From IMG/VR virus record IMGVR_UViG_3300021963_000047, positions 32,001 through 96,000 of that record: DNA of 64,000 nucleotides. The stretch is one strand, 5' to 3'. This document shows positions 20,570-30,806 of this stretch, piece by piece. The translations under genes and the position numbers were made by a program. Each line of letters starts with the position of its first letter. Position 1 is the first letter of the stretch. The notes beneath the pieces were generated by a model. That model did not search any database. It saw nothing but the letters and a program-made list of their open reading frames with translations, and had not been told where the DNA came from. The stretch comes from a virus.

Positions 20570-20586
20570 ATTAAAGGATTTATATT

Positions 20587-21114
20587 ATGATTAATGATGA
20601 GAATAAAGATCAATACACTCTTGCATTTATACAGAAGCAAGAACAGCATATCATGGAGCTGTTGAGAAAGAGTATAGACTTAGAAATTAAAGTCAGTATC
20701 CTTAACAGCTCCATCATTAACCTCAATAATCTTTTAAAAGAATCAGAACTCAGATTCGAAGAATCTCAGAAGAATGTTTCTTTCTCTAATGAAATCATGA
20801 CTCAGGCTACAGCTAGCATCGAAGATTTGACAATTAAAAATAAACAGCATATTGAAAGAGAAGAAACTCTTGTTAAGACAATAACAAATTTACAAGTAGA
20901 AGCTGATAAGTTAAAATCAGAAATTGGTTCTATAAGTGTCCAACGTGAAGAAGCAAAGAAACAGGTAATTGCTCTAGAAAACAGTGTTGAGCAATATAAG
21001 AGAGAAATCAATAGACAGAATGAAGAACTTCAATCTTTATTTAAAGAAAATGAAGAGCTAAAAATAAATATAAATACAAAAAAGACTTCTAAAAAGAAGG
21101 ATGATACTTTTTAA
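20587..21114 (+). CDS. Coiled-coil protein between fibre genes
   Basis: Continuous heptad, E/K/Q-rich pattern with an AAGGA RBS. Confidence 0.7.
   Translation: MINDENKDQYTLAFIQKQEQHIMELLRKSIDLEIKVSILNSSIINLNNLLKESELRFEESQKNVSFSNEIMTQATASIEDLTIKNKQHIEREETLVKTITNLQVEADKLKSEIGSISVQREEAKKQVIALENSVEQYKREINRQNEELQSLFKENEELKININTKKTSKKKDDTF
21069..21076 (+). promoter_or_regulatory. T4-type late promoter TATAAATA
   Basis: Exact consensus 70 nt upstream of the 1056-aa fibre gene. Confidence 0.65.
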
Positions 21115-21130
21115 TCCAGTATATACTGGA
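21115..21130. promoter_or_regulatory. Perfect 16-bp palindrome TCCAGTATATACTGGA in the fibre leader
   Basis: Self-complementary and intergenic, 15 nt before the ATG at 21146. Confidence 0.6.
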
Positions 21131-21145
21131 GAATGAAGGGGCCAT

Positions 21146-24100
21146 ATGGCAAATACAACTATTCAGCTTAAGCGCTCATCTGTAGCAGGCAAGCAACCAA
21201 ATACCACTACGCTCAGTATAGGTGAGCTAGCCATCAATATTACAGATAAGAAGTTATATTCTTCTGATGGCACTAATATATTTGAACCTGCTGGTAACGT
21301 TAGTACTATCAATATCACCGGTGGTATAAAAGCCAATGGCTCTCTAGGAACTGCAGGTCAAGTTCTCGCATCAAATGGTTCTTCTATCTATTGGACTACT
21401 GATCAGACATCCGGCAATGTTGTTGCTAATGCAATTACAACCAGCACGTTGGCAGCAAATGCTATCGCTATTACATCCGGTACACTTACTGTAGGTAACT
21501 CTACTGTTAATACTGATATCGGCAATAACTATATTTCTGTTGGCAACACTCTCTCATATGCTAACATTTATAGTAATAGAATTATTATTGGCAATACTTC
21601 TGTTTTCAGTTCTGTAAATTCTTATTATATTAAATCATATGCGAATGGCGATATTACATCCAGTAATGGTGTAACAATCAGTGGTAATTTCTTACAGAAT
21701 GAAGGTCATCCTACTTCACAAACAAGTTTAGGATCTGCAATTGCTCTCGGTACTCCAGGATGGAATGGACCCGGCGGCGCTTCGAATTTTGCTCCACAAG
21801 GTAGCGCATACGCAGTTGTAGCAAATCTGTTTTTTGTAAACACTTCATTCATGCAAATGGGTAATAGTAGTGTTTACTTTAATATGACACCAAGATCATT
21901 GACGATGGGAAACACTGTTGTCAATTCTAGTGCTTTAACTGTAAGATCTATTGTGGCGAATGGTTCTCTAGGAACTGCTGGTCAAGTACTTGCTACAAAT
22001 GGAACAGCAGTATATTGGACTGCAGATCAAGGTGCCAACGCAATCACTGCGAACAGTCTGACAGCAAATGCTATTGCTATTACAACTGGCACATTGACTA
22101 TCGGCAATAGTACAGTTAATACAGATATTGGTAATAACTATGTCAGTGTTGGTAATTCTACAAGTTATGCGAATATATACAGCACATATATTCGCGTTGG
22201 TAACACTTCTGTTTTCAGCACTATAAACTCTTCAGCTTTAAGTATAAAATCTATTGTTGCTAACGGTTCTGTTGGAACTGCTGGTTATGTGTTATCAACA
22301 AATGGAACTGGCATATATTGGTCTCCTGCAGGTTCAGGCACTGTAACTATAACAAATAATACACCATCAAATATAAAAAATATAGTTAATACAAGTGTTA
22401 GTACAACACAAACAGTGGTGGATACAGCCAATGCAACTGGCATTTCAACAATAGAATATCTAATTTCTGCAAGAGATAATACTAATTCAAACTATAAATC
22501 TTCTCGTGTATTAATAACAACTGATGGAACAACATCATATGTAACAGAATATGGAATTGTTTTAAGTAATAATTCTGCACAAGTATGTTCTTTCGACTCT
22601 GATATTAATACTGGAAATATTAGACTCCTTGCTACAGGTGACAGTGCCGATGTTGATGTAAGTCTACAGAGAGTTGTATTAGGTTCTGCGACTGAAGCTG
22701 GCGATATAGCAGCTACACCAATATTAGATAGTGTTACAAACACAGCTATTAATATTGCTGCTTCAGCAAACGCCGTTAAGACTGCATATGATGTTGGTAT
22801 AGCAGGTCAAATGGCCGGTGCAGCTGCATATACTAATGCAGTTTCATATGTAGATACAAAAATTGGTACAGCAAATAGTGCTATAACTGGAAATGCATCT
22901 GCTGCTTATACAAACGCTGTAGTATTTGCTGCAAATGCAAGTAATATAAATTCTGGTACTCTAGCAGAAGCAAGATTACCATATAGAATGAATCAAAACA
23001 TTCAAACAACCGATTCAGTACAATTCACAAGTGCTTCTATTGGTGGTACATTAGTTGCAAATACACAACAAATTACTGTCAATAACATGGTTGTTGCTAA
23101 TGGTTCTTTTGGAACTGCTGGTTATGTATTAACATCAGCAGGTCAAGGACTATCACCGTACTGGGCACAGGCAGCAGATGCAGGAGCAGCTTATACAAAT
23201 GCAGTAGTATTTGCGGCAAATGCAAGTAATATAAATTCTGGTACTCTAGCAGAAGCAAGATTACCATATAGAATGAATCAAAACGTTCGTACCTCAGATA
23301 CTGTCGAATTTAGTGGTCTTACACTAACAGGAAACTTAGTTGTTTCTGGTAATGTTAATATCATAGGTGCAAACAATTTATCTATTTCAGATAATATGAT
23401 TTATTTGAATTCTAATAATGATGTATCAAATCCTGATCTAGGCTTTGCTGGTAATTATAATGATGGTACATATCATCATGCTGGTTTCTTTAGAGATGCT
23501 TCTGATGGTATATGGAAAGTATTTGACAACTATGATCCTGAACCAGATGCATCAGCATTTATAGATACATCTAATGCATCGTTTAGTTTAGCAAACTTTC
23601 AAGCTAATACACTTTACTTAGGCAACACAACAACTAACTGGGTCGTTGCGAATAGTAGTGTTGTAGTTTCTACAGGTACTGTAAAAGGCGCAATACTTCA
23701 ATCTACACAATCATCTGGCGATGAAGGTGGTCAGATCGATCTTGCTCTTGCTGCTAATAATACAACACTGACTGGTGGCATTGCAATCGATGTCTATCAA
23801 AATAGACTTCGTATTTTTGAAACTGGTGGATCAAATCGTGGCGCATATATTGATCTTTCAGCCGCATCTACCGGAGTAGGCTCAAATCTTCTTGCCGGTG
23901 GAGGTGGCGGCGGTGGATTTACTAATGGTCAATCTATTAGCGTAAATAACTTTGTTATTACTGGAGTTATGACTGCTAATAGTTCTAATGGAACTTCTGG
24001 TCAAGTTTTAACTTCAAATGGTAGTGGAGTTTATTGGTCTTCTTCTATAACTTCTGCTACAACACAATCATTTACTGGCAATGGTTCTAATACACAATTT

Positions 24101-24316
24101 ACTTTAGCAACTGCTGTATCTGACAATAATGTTTTAGTTACATTAGACGGTTTAGTTCAAATACCAATAACACATTATAGTATTTCTGGTACAACTATTA
24201 GTTTCGTATTGGCTCCCCCAAATTCTACAAAAATAGAAGTTAGAACTATGCCAGCAGGTATAACCGGTATATCAACAGGCAAATCTATCGCTATGGCATT
24301 AGTATTCGGAGGATAA
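21146..24316 (+). CDS. Long modular tail fibre protein
   Basis: IQLKRSSVAGKQP...GELAINITDKKLY N-terminus, five ANGSxGTAGxVLxxNG..xYW-type repeats, an HAGFFRDAS domain, and C-terminal TGKSIAMALVFGG. Confidence 0.82.
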   Translation: MANTTIQLKRSSVAGKQPNTTTLSIGELAINITDKKLYSSDGTNIFEPAGNVSTINITGGIKANGSLGTAGQVLASNGSSIYWTTDQTSGNVVANAITTSTLAANAIAITSGTLTVGNSTVNTDIGNNYISVGNTLSYANIYSNRIIIGNTSVFSSVNSYYIKSYANGDITSSNGVTISGNFLQNEGHPTSQTSLGSAIALGTPGWNGPGGASNFAPQGSAYAVVANLFFVNTSFMQMGNSSVYFNMTPRSLTMGNTVVNSSALTVRSIVANGSLGTAGQVLATNGTAVYWTADQGANAITANSLTANAIAITTGTLTIGNSTVNTDIGNNYVSVGNSTSYANIYSTYIRVGNTSVFSTINSSALSIKSIVANGSVGTAGYVLSTNGTGIYWSPAGSGTVTITNNTPSNIKNIVNTSVSTTQTVVDTANATGISTIEYLISARDNTNSNYKSSRVLITTDGTTSYVTEYGIVLSNNSAQVCSFDSDINTGNIRLLATGDSADVDVSLQRVVLGSATEAGDIAATPILDSVTNTAINIAASANAVKTAYDVGIAGQMAGAAAYTNAVSYVDTKIGTANSAITGNASAAYTNAVVFAANASNINSGTLAEARLPYRMNQNIQTTDSVQFTSASIGGTLVANTQQITVNNMVVANGSFGTAGYVLTSAGQGLSPYWAQAADAGAAYTNAVVFAANASNINSGTLAEARLPYRMNQNVRTSDTVEFSGLTLTGNLVVSGNVNIIGANNLSISDNMIYLNSNNDVSNPDLGFAGNYNDGTYHHAGFFRDASDGIWKVFDNYDPEPDASAFIDTSNASFSLANFQANTLYLGNTTTNWVVANSSVVVSTGTVKGAILQSTQSSGDEGGQIDLALAANNTTLTGGIAIDVYQNRLRIFETGGSNRGAYIDLSAASTGVGSNLLAGGGGGGGFTNGQSISVNNFVITGVMTANSSNGTSGQVLTSNGSGVYWSSSITSATTQSFTGNGSNTQFTLATAVSDNNVLVTLDGLVQIPITHYSISGTTISFVLAPPNSTKIEVRTMPAGITGISTGKSIAMALVFGG
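22931..23284 (+). repeat. 69-bp identical direct repeat (22931-22999 and 23216-23284)
   Basis: gcaaatgcaagtaatataaattctggtactctagcagaagcaagattaccatatagaatgaatcaaaac occurs twice, 285 bp apart and in frame. Confidence 0.92.
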
Positions 24317-24342
24317 ATGACTAATCTTAATATAGGCAAAAA

Positions 24343-25857
24343 ATGACTTATCAAAAAATAAAACCCGAATTCATAGATATTAGTCTTGCTTCTACGGGAC
24401 AGACTTTAGTATCAAATGGTACTTCTATGACATTTAGTGATATAAAACCTACATTTACAGCTATTGCATCAGGCACATTAAATAATGGTGACAAAGTCAT
24501 TATTAATTCAAATGGAACAGTAAGCGCTGTAACTTTTAGTGCAACTACTTCTGTATCTTCCGGAGCAGAAGCAGTTGCAGCTTTAGTTCAAAGTAGTTTT
24601 ATTAGTTGTGGGTATGATAACGTAAATAGTAAAATATGCTTAGTATATAGAAATACTAACAGCACTACTACACAATATGTTATTGGCACTGTTTCTGGAT
24701 CAACGATAACATTTGGAACACCTGGTACTCTTTATGCTGGTGCTGTTTCATCGCGAATACATGTTGAATTTGAACCAGTAAATCAGAAATTATTAATATT
24801 TTATGGAGATCCAGGGAACAGCAATTATGCTACTGTTCAAATTGGTACAGTTTCAGGTACTACTGTCACTTTTGCAACTCCAGTAGTTGTTTCACCTGCA
24901 CCAGCGTTTTATTGTGTTGCTAGATATAGCAGTGTTAGTAACACTACAGTTTTTTTCTACACAGCATACAATCAATTACATGTAAAGAGTGGTTCACTTT
25001 TAGGCAATACTTATACATTTGGTGCTCAAACTGCATTTACAACATCAAATATGGATAACCTTGATGCTGCATATGATAACACTACTGGCAGATGGATAGT
25101 TGTAGGTCAATATGCTGGTGTTGGAAGATCAGTAATTGTATCAGTTACTGGAACTACTATTAATTATATAAGTGCTGCTTCAACTTTTGCTAACTCAGGC
25201 ATTGATACAAATGGTTATAGATCTACGCAAGTTGAATATGATTCAACACAACAAAAAGTTATAGTATGTTATAAAACTTCTGGTTCACAAATCAAATCTA
25301 ATATTGGAACAGTTGCTGGAAATACTATTTCTTATAATACAGTAGTAACACAAAATGCTGCTACTATCGACTATTTTGGTATGGCATATGAAAGTACAAC
25401 CGGTAAACCTGTTTTAGCAATTGTTAAATCTAGTGCACTATACATATCTGTCGGGACTGTAGCGAGCAATACTATAACTTTTTCTTCAGATGCTAATACA
25501 GGTACGATATTTTCTTCACAAGAAGGTATCTATGCAGTCGATGCTCCAACTCCTGGAAAAATTATTTGTGCTTATCCTAATGGATCACTTTATATCTCTG
25601 CTAAAGTTGTAAATACATTCACTGGTTCTACAAATTTAACAAATACAAATTATATTGGTATTTCTGATGCAGCTTATACAAATGGTCAAACGGCAACAGT
25701 ACAAATTGCGGGAGCAGTAGATGATGCACAATCAGGATTAACACCAGGAACTCAATATTATATTCAAAAAAATGGTACTCTTGGAACTACAGCAGACACA
25801 CCATCAGTAATTGCTGGTACTGCTGTAGCAACAACAAAAATAATAGTCAAAGGATAA
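24343..25857 (+). CDS. Putative fibre-associated beta-propeller-like protein
   Basis: About 50-aa repeats (YD....K....Y......GTVSGTTITFGT) and a C-terminal GLTPGTQYYI module. Confidence 0.55.
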   Translation: MTYQKIKPEFIDISLASTGQTLVSNGTSMTFSDIKPTFTAIASGTLNNGDKVIINSNGTVSAVTFSATTSVSSGAEAVAALVQSSFISCGYDNVNSKICLVYRNTNSTTTQYVIGTVSGSTITFGTPGTLYAGAVSSRIHVEFEPVNQKLLIFYGDPGNSNYATVQIGTVSGTTVTFATPVVVSPAPAFYCVARYSSVSNTTVFFYTAYNQLHVKSGSLLGNTYTFGAQTAFTTSNMDNLDAAYDNTTGRWIVVGQYAGVGRSVIVSVTGTTINYISAASTFANSGIDTNGYRSTQVEYDSTQQKVIVCYKTSGSQIKSNIGTVAGNTISYNTVVTQNAATIDYFGMAYESTTGKPVLAIVKSSALYISVGTVASNTITFSSDANTGTIFSSQEGIYAVDAPTPGKIICAYPNGSLYISAKVVNTFTGSTNLTNTNYIGISDAAYTNGQTATVQIAGAVDDAQSGLTPGTQYYIQKNGTLGTTADTPSVIAGTAVATTKIIVKG

Positions 25858-25872
25858 TTTTCGGAGCATAAA

Positions 25873-26229
25873 ATGGCTAATCCTAATATAGTGAATGTTA
25901 CTACAATATATGGTAATACTGCAACTCTTGCAGTATCTTCTACTACTACAAACGTAGTAAGTAATCCAACGAGTTCTGGTAACATTTATAAAATAAATCT
26001 TTTAACAGTTGCAAATTATTCAACTAATAGTTATGCTGTAACTGCCGAACTAAATGTTGCTGGAGCAAATACTAATATAGTTAAGAATATAGTAATACCT
26101 GCAAATTCTTCTTTAGCGATTATAGGTAAAGATACAGCCATGTATCTTTTAGAGAATAGTTCAATTCAACTTTCGACGACACAAAATTCTGCATTTCACG
26201 CTATTTGTAGTTGGGAGCAAATAAGCTAA
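25873..26229 (+). CDS. Small virion-associated protein (MANPNIVNVT family)
   Basis: GGAG RBS and the motif IPANSSL..IGKDT.MYLLE, seen in phage tail regions. Confidence 0.65.
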   Translation: MANPNIVNVTTIYGNTATLAVSSTTTNVVSNPTSSGNIYKINLLTVANYSTNSYAVTAELNVAGANTNIVKNIVIPANSSLAIIGKDTAMYLLENSSIQLSTTQNSAFHAICSWEQIS

Positions 26230-28958
26230 TGCCAAGAATTAGACCAGAAGGTGGGTTATCAGGAACTTATCAAACACCAAATACCACTATTGCTAGTGGT
26301 ATGTGGACTATGCGTGATTTAGATAGAAATCTAAGAGCAGGATCATGGCCAATAGATTCAAATCAATCAGATCCTTATTTTAAATATAACGTTCTTTTAA
26401 CACATTTTAATGGATCTGATAATACGAATAATAATCTTATTAAAGATTCAGTAAGTACAAATGAAGTTTCAAGACTTCCATTCGAAAATACTTTTGGTGC
26501 ATATTTTCCAGGAACATTAGGTTATAAGACTCCCGCAAATGGTAACTTCACTTTAACTGGTGATTTTACTATGGAAATGTATGTATATTTTTCGGGATCT
26601 CCGACCGACGTTTCACTATTTAATAACTACACTTCTGCAAACGGCAGTACAGAATTTACTATAGAAGTAAGTGCTGCTAATAAATTTGCAGTTTTTCTTA
26701 ATGGATTGAGTTCAGTAAGAATTACTGGTACTACGACTGTAACTACCGGTGTTTGGTATCATGTTGCTCTTGTAAGATCTGCTGGTGTTAATAAACTATA
26801 TGTAAATGGCGTTCAAGAAGGATCATCATATTCTTTCGCTGGAACAATTGGAACAGGCAACGCGTATTATATTGCGCAATATAATAATGCAGCTAGATTA
26901 ACTGGCAATTTATCAAATTTAAGAGTTACTAATACTGCAGTATATACTTCTAACTTTACACCGCCAACAACAACATTAACAGCGATAAGTGGTACACAAC
27001 TTTTAGTTGCAACTACAACAACATTTATTGATAGTTCACCAAATGCTTTAACATTAACATTATCAGGAACTGGTTCTTTAACTATAAATCCGGCTTTTTT
27101 AACTTTGACCGGAGCTCCTGGTCAAGGAACATTTAGTCCTTATTCTACGCCAAACGGTTATTGGTCTTCATTTTTTGATGGGGCAGGATTTCTTAATATT
27201 CCAGCAAATGCCAATTATTTGATTGGAACACAAGATTTCACTTTAGAATGCTGGATATATGCAAAAGCTGGAGCAGCGACACAAGGCATTATTACTTCTC
27301 ATCAAACAGGTGGAATGCTTCAATTTTATTTGAATACAAACGGAACATTATATGTTGCAGTTAATAATAATGGTGGAACAACTACAACATATACTACTAT
27401 GTCAACTACTTCTACCATAAATCAAACTGATTGGAATCATATTGCGTTGGTAAGGAGTGGCACTGAAGTAGCTGTCTATATCAATGGCGTTAAAGATGCT
27501 ACAACTATAACACTTTCTGCTGGAACAAATATAGGAAGTTATGGTGGTAACAAACCAATATATATTGCAGCTGGTGCAGATCAAGCCGGCAAATTTACAG
27601 GTATAATATCTAACGTTAGATACGTAGTCGGCAACGCAGTATATACTGCAAATTTTACGCCATCTACAACACCTCTGACTGCAATTACTAACACAAAACT
27701 ATTAACGTGTCAAAGCAATAGATTTGTAGATAATTCTAGCTATGCTTCAAATATAACCGTCACCGCTTCTTCATTATTATCACCGTTTTCACCGTTTGCA
27801 TACACTACAGCATATTCTGCTAATACACACGGTGGAAGTATTTCATTTAATGGTACTAATGAATATGGTAGAATTACGAGTGCTATCAATGAATTAGGAT
27901 TTGGAACTGCTGATTTTACTGTAGAATATTGGGTTTATCTTTACAATGTTGGTGCAGGCTTTATGTTTGATACAAGAACATCTGGTGGCGGTGCTGCACA
28001 AACAAAAGTCTTAATGTCAGCAAATAATACAAATATAGTTGCATATGTTGGTTCAACACAAATAATTGCTTCAACTACTCCAACTTCTGTTGTCACAGGT
28101 CAATGGTTACATATAGCCCTTGTAAGATCGAGTGCTGTGACAAGAATGTATGTTAATGGTGTCCAACAATCTACGACTTATTCAGATACCAATAATTATG
28201 GTGCCAATAGTCAGTTATCTTTGGGTACAGTCGGCGATAGTCCTGGATATGCTGCAACATTCTTAAGAGGATATATTTCGGATTTTAGAGTTACAAAAAG
28301 AGCTGTATATACTTCTGCATTTACTCCACCATCAGAACCACTTTCTGCAGTTGCTAATACAACACTATTAATAACAGGAAGAGGTGGTAATGTTATTGAT
28401 AATAGCAGACATCATACATTAAGTACAGTTAATAATGCTGTGATATCTACTACACAAAGCAAATTTGGAAACAGTAGCATTTATTTAAATGGCACTACAT
28501 CTACATATTTAAAATCTCCAACTATTAATAGTAGTAGTTGGTTTAGAACTGGTGACTTTACAGTTGAAGCATGGGTTTATTTTTCAAGTATCGGTGCAGC
28601 CAGCCAACAGATATTATCTATTGTTGGCACATCGACATTTTCATTACTAGCCAATTCTACAAATATACAAGTTGCCAGTGGAAACTTTGCTACAACTTTC
28701 AATTCTGGTCAATGGTATCATATAGCGGTATCAAGACAAGGAAGTATCTGTAGAGTATTCAAAGATGGAGCTTATTTAGGGGCCAACTCTACTCATAGTT
28801 TTGACTATTATGGTTTTGGTACGTTGGCTATTGGAGCGACAACGAGCGGAACGAACTTGTTAAATGGTTATATTGATGAAATGAGAATATCAAAATATGC
28901 TCGATATACATCAAATTCAGGATTTACTGTACCTAATAGTGAATTTAAAGACTTATAA
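26229..28958 (+). CDS. Multi-LamG (concanavalin A-like) virion protein, candidate receptor-binding
   Basis: Four DFT[MLV]E.[WY].Y...W.H[IV]A.xR..Y.NG LamG repeats. The start is most likely the ATG at 26229 (TAATG coupling). Confidence 0.82.
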   Translation: MPRIRPEGGLSGTYQTPNTTIASGMWTMRDLDRNLRAGSWPIDSNQSDPYFKYNVLLTHFNGSDNTNNNLIKDSVSTNEVSRLPFENTFGAYFPGTLGYKTPANGNFTLTGDFTMEMYVYFSGSPTDVSLFNNYTSANGSTEFTIEVSAANKFAVFLNGLSSVRITGTTTVTTGVWYHVALVRSAGVNKLYVNGVQEGSSYSFAGTIGTGNAYYIAQYNNAARLTGNLSNLRVTNTAVYTSNFTPPTTTLTAISGTQLLVATTTTFIDSSPNALTLTLSGTGSLTINPAFLTLTGAPGQGTFSPYSTPNGYWSSFFDGAGFLNIPANANYLIGTQDFTLECWIYAKAGAATQGIITSHQTGGMLQFYLNTNGTLYVAVNNNGGTTTTYTTMSTTSTINQTDWNHIALVRSGTEVAVYINGVKDATTITLSAGTNIGSYGGNKPIYIAAGADQAGKFTGIISNVRYVVGNAVYTANFTPSTTPLTAITNTKLLTCQSNRFVDNSSYASNITVTASSLLSPFSPFAYTTAYSANTHGGSISFNGTNEYGRITSAINELGFGTADFTVEYWVYLYNVGAGFMFDTRTSGGGAAQTKVLMSANNTNIVAYVGSTQIIASTTPTSVVTGQWLHIALVRSSAVTRMYVNGVQQSTTYSDTNNYGANSQLSLGTVGDSPGYAATFLRGYISDFRVTKRAVYTSAFTPPSEPLSAVANTTLLITGRGGNVIDNSRHHTLSTVNNAVISTTQSKFGNSSIYLNGTTSTYLKSPTINSSSWFRTGDFTVEAWVYFSSIGAASQQILSIVGTSTFSLLANSTNIQVASGNFATTFNSGQWYHIAVSRQGSICRVFKDGAYLGANSTHSFDYYGFGTLAIGATTSGTNLLNGYIDEMRISKYARYTSNSGFTVPNSEFKDL

Positions 28959-29014
28959 AATATAAAAAGAAAATAGAGAGCATCAGCAGATAGATAATAA
29001 ATTGGTTTTATATT

Positions 29015-29848
29015 ATGGATATTAATGAAGTTAATAAGATTAAATCTACTATAAAAGATAATGTAAATACACAACTATTTAAAAAACCATTTATCGTATT
29101 AAATACATATGGTAAAGATAACGGATCTATAAGATATAAAGATTATGGAAAAGATCCAATCTGTACACATTTAATTCAAATGTTTAATTATGAAGGTATT
29201 AATATTGAATATAAATTCAATGAGTTTGGTTTAAGAGGACCGTCTTTAAAAAACAAAAATAAAAAAATACTTTTTGCTGGAGGTAGTTTTTGTTTTGGAA
29301 CTGGTGTAAATGTTGAGCAAACTTTTCCATATATTATATCAGAACAACTAGATGCAGACTATCTAAATTTGAGTGATGTTGATTCTCTTAGTGAATTAAT
29401 TCCCATATTAAAAGATATAAAAGAAAAATTTAAACCAGATTATTTTATTCTATCTGATACTAGGTTTATCACAGAAATCGGTTGGCTTAGACTCTATATA
29501 TTGGATAGATTTCCAAAACAAAATGAACAAAAACTAGGATGGGAAGCTATAGCCGATAATACCATATTATCAAATGGTGACATTAGAAGATTTGCGCAGC
29601 ATCTATTTGAAAAGACAGACGATGATACATTATTAATGTTTGAAGCTTTTTGTAAAGATCTTTTTGATATTCCTATGATATTTGTTTATTTTAATAGAAA
29701 AAGCTTTGCAAATAAAACTATTGATTTTAAATATTTTAAACAAATAAAATTAGAAGCTAAAGACGTAGTAGATATATCACGAGATAATAATCATCCAGGT
29801 CCATTAACACACAAGATGGTGGCTGATAAAATACTTAAACTTCTATAA
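29015..29848 (+). CDS. SGNH-hydrolase-like protein (possible acyl esterase/transferase)
   Basis: YKFNEFGLRG, ILFAGGSFCFGTG (block I-like) and C-terminal RDNNHPGP (DxxH-type catalytic His). Confidence 0.6.
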   Translation: MDINEVNKIKSTIKDNVNTQLFKKPFIVLNTYGKDNGSIRYKDYGKDPICTHLIQMFNYEGINIEYKFNEFGLRGPSLKNKNKKILFAGGSFCFGTGVNVEQTFPYIISEQLDADYLNLSDVDSLSELIPILKDIKEKFKPDYFILSDTRFITEIGWLRLYILDRFPKQNEQKLGWEAIADNTILSNGDIRRFAQHLFEKTDDDTLLMFEAFCKDLFDIPMIFVYFNRKSFANKTIDFKYFKQIKLEAKDVVDISRDNNHPGPLTHKMVADKILKLL

Positions 29849-30806
29849 TAAGATCTTTACTACCATTCTTAATTAATTCTTCTGTTTTTTCTGTTACAAA
29901 ACCAGTCACTTGTAATGTAAATCTTGGTGTATATCCGAAGTTTGCAGTTCCATGTGGCATGTTACACCAATCATATACTAAACATTCTCCAGCATCATAT
30001 TGATGATAGTAAGTATTGCCAAATTGCCATACGTGGCCATAATCCCAATCATTCAATGCTATTAATAGTCTTCTAAGTTTGAGCGGGTTCTTATCTGCAC
30101 CAGCTGCTTTCCATCTATCTCTCCAGTGTGGTCTAGCATATCGCATTTGTTGATCAATATGAAATGGTGTAACTTGTCCTAATAATTGGATATGAATCCT
30201 CATCTGATGTACATCAAAGCCTATAGCTTCTGCCATTCTATGAAAAACTAAGTAATCTTCATGATGATTATTTTTCCAATCTTCTTTACCATCTTTATCA
30301 AAACCAACAAGAGAAACTAAAGAATCATTATACATACAAGATATGTCTTCTTGTCTAGAAGCACGTTTTATATCCAGTAATTCTCCTTCATGAAGATCTT
30401 TATCTTGTTGTGACAAATTTCTAGGTCTGTAGTTGCCTATAGTTTGTTCTTTACAATCATTTAAAGCTTTCTCTAGTCCTTTAGACCAATCACCTTTAAA
30501 CTTACACATGATCTTAAATGTTTCTTCATTTGGATCTGCTTTAGTATTAAAGTGCCAGTTTGATCTTAACTTATTATGATGCCATCTAGAAGGTATACCA
30601 TCAACAGTAAAGACATTCATGTTAGATTCAGAATGTTTCTTTAGTTGCTCATCAGAATACATATCTTCTTGATACTGTGAATCTTCAATGTTTACACCAG
30701 CTTGAAGCTCAGGCACTTTTTCTGGCATATACTCAGATATATTTTGTTTTGAATTCCAATTATATCCTTGATTCTTTATCATTTTGCTTGTATCATACGT
30801 GGTCAT
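29835..30806 (-). CDS. 2OG-Fe(II) oxygenase-like protein
   Basis: H-x-D (FHIDQ), distal His (MPHGTAN) and R-x-T (PRFTLQVTG). Paralogue of 41079-41882. Confidence 0.72.
   Translation of the reverse strand: MTTYDTSKMIKNQGYNWNSKQNISEYMPEKVPELQAGVNIEDSQYQEDMYSDEQLKKHSESNMNVFTVDGIPSRWHHNKLRSNWHFNTKADPNEETFKIMCKFKGDWSKGLEKALNDCKEQTIGNYRPRNLSQQDKDLHEGELLDIKRASRQEDISCMYNDSLVSLVGFDKDGKEDWKNNHHEDYLVFHRMAEAIGFDVHQMRIHIQLLGQVTPFHIDQQMRYARPHWRDRWKAAGADKNPLKLRRLLIALNDWDYGHVWQFGNTYYHQYDAGECLVYDWCNMPHGTANFGYTPRFTLQVTGFVTEKTEELIKNGSKDLIIEV

Noticed and set aside
22931-23284. Repeat pair as a diversity-generating retroelement TR/VR
   Set aside because: The core copies are identical with no adenine-specific mismatches, both are mid-gene, and no reverse transcriptase is in the window.
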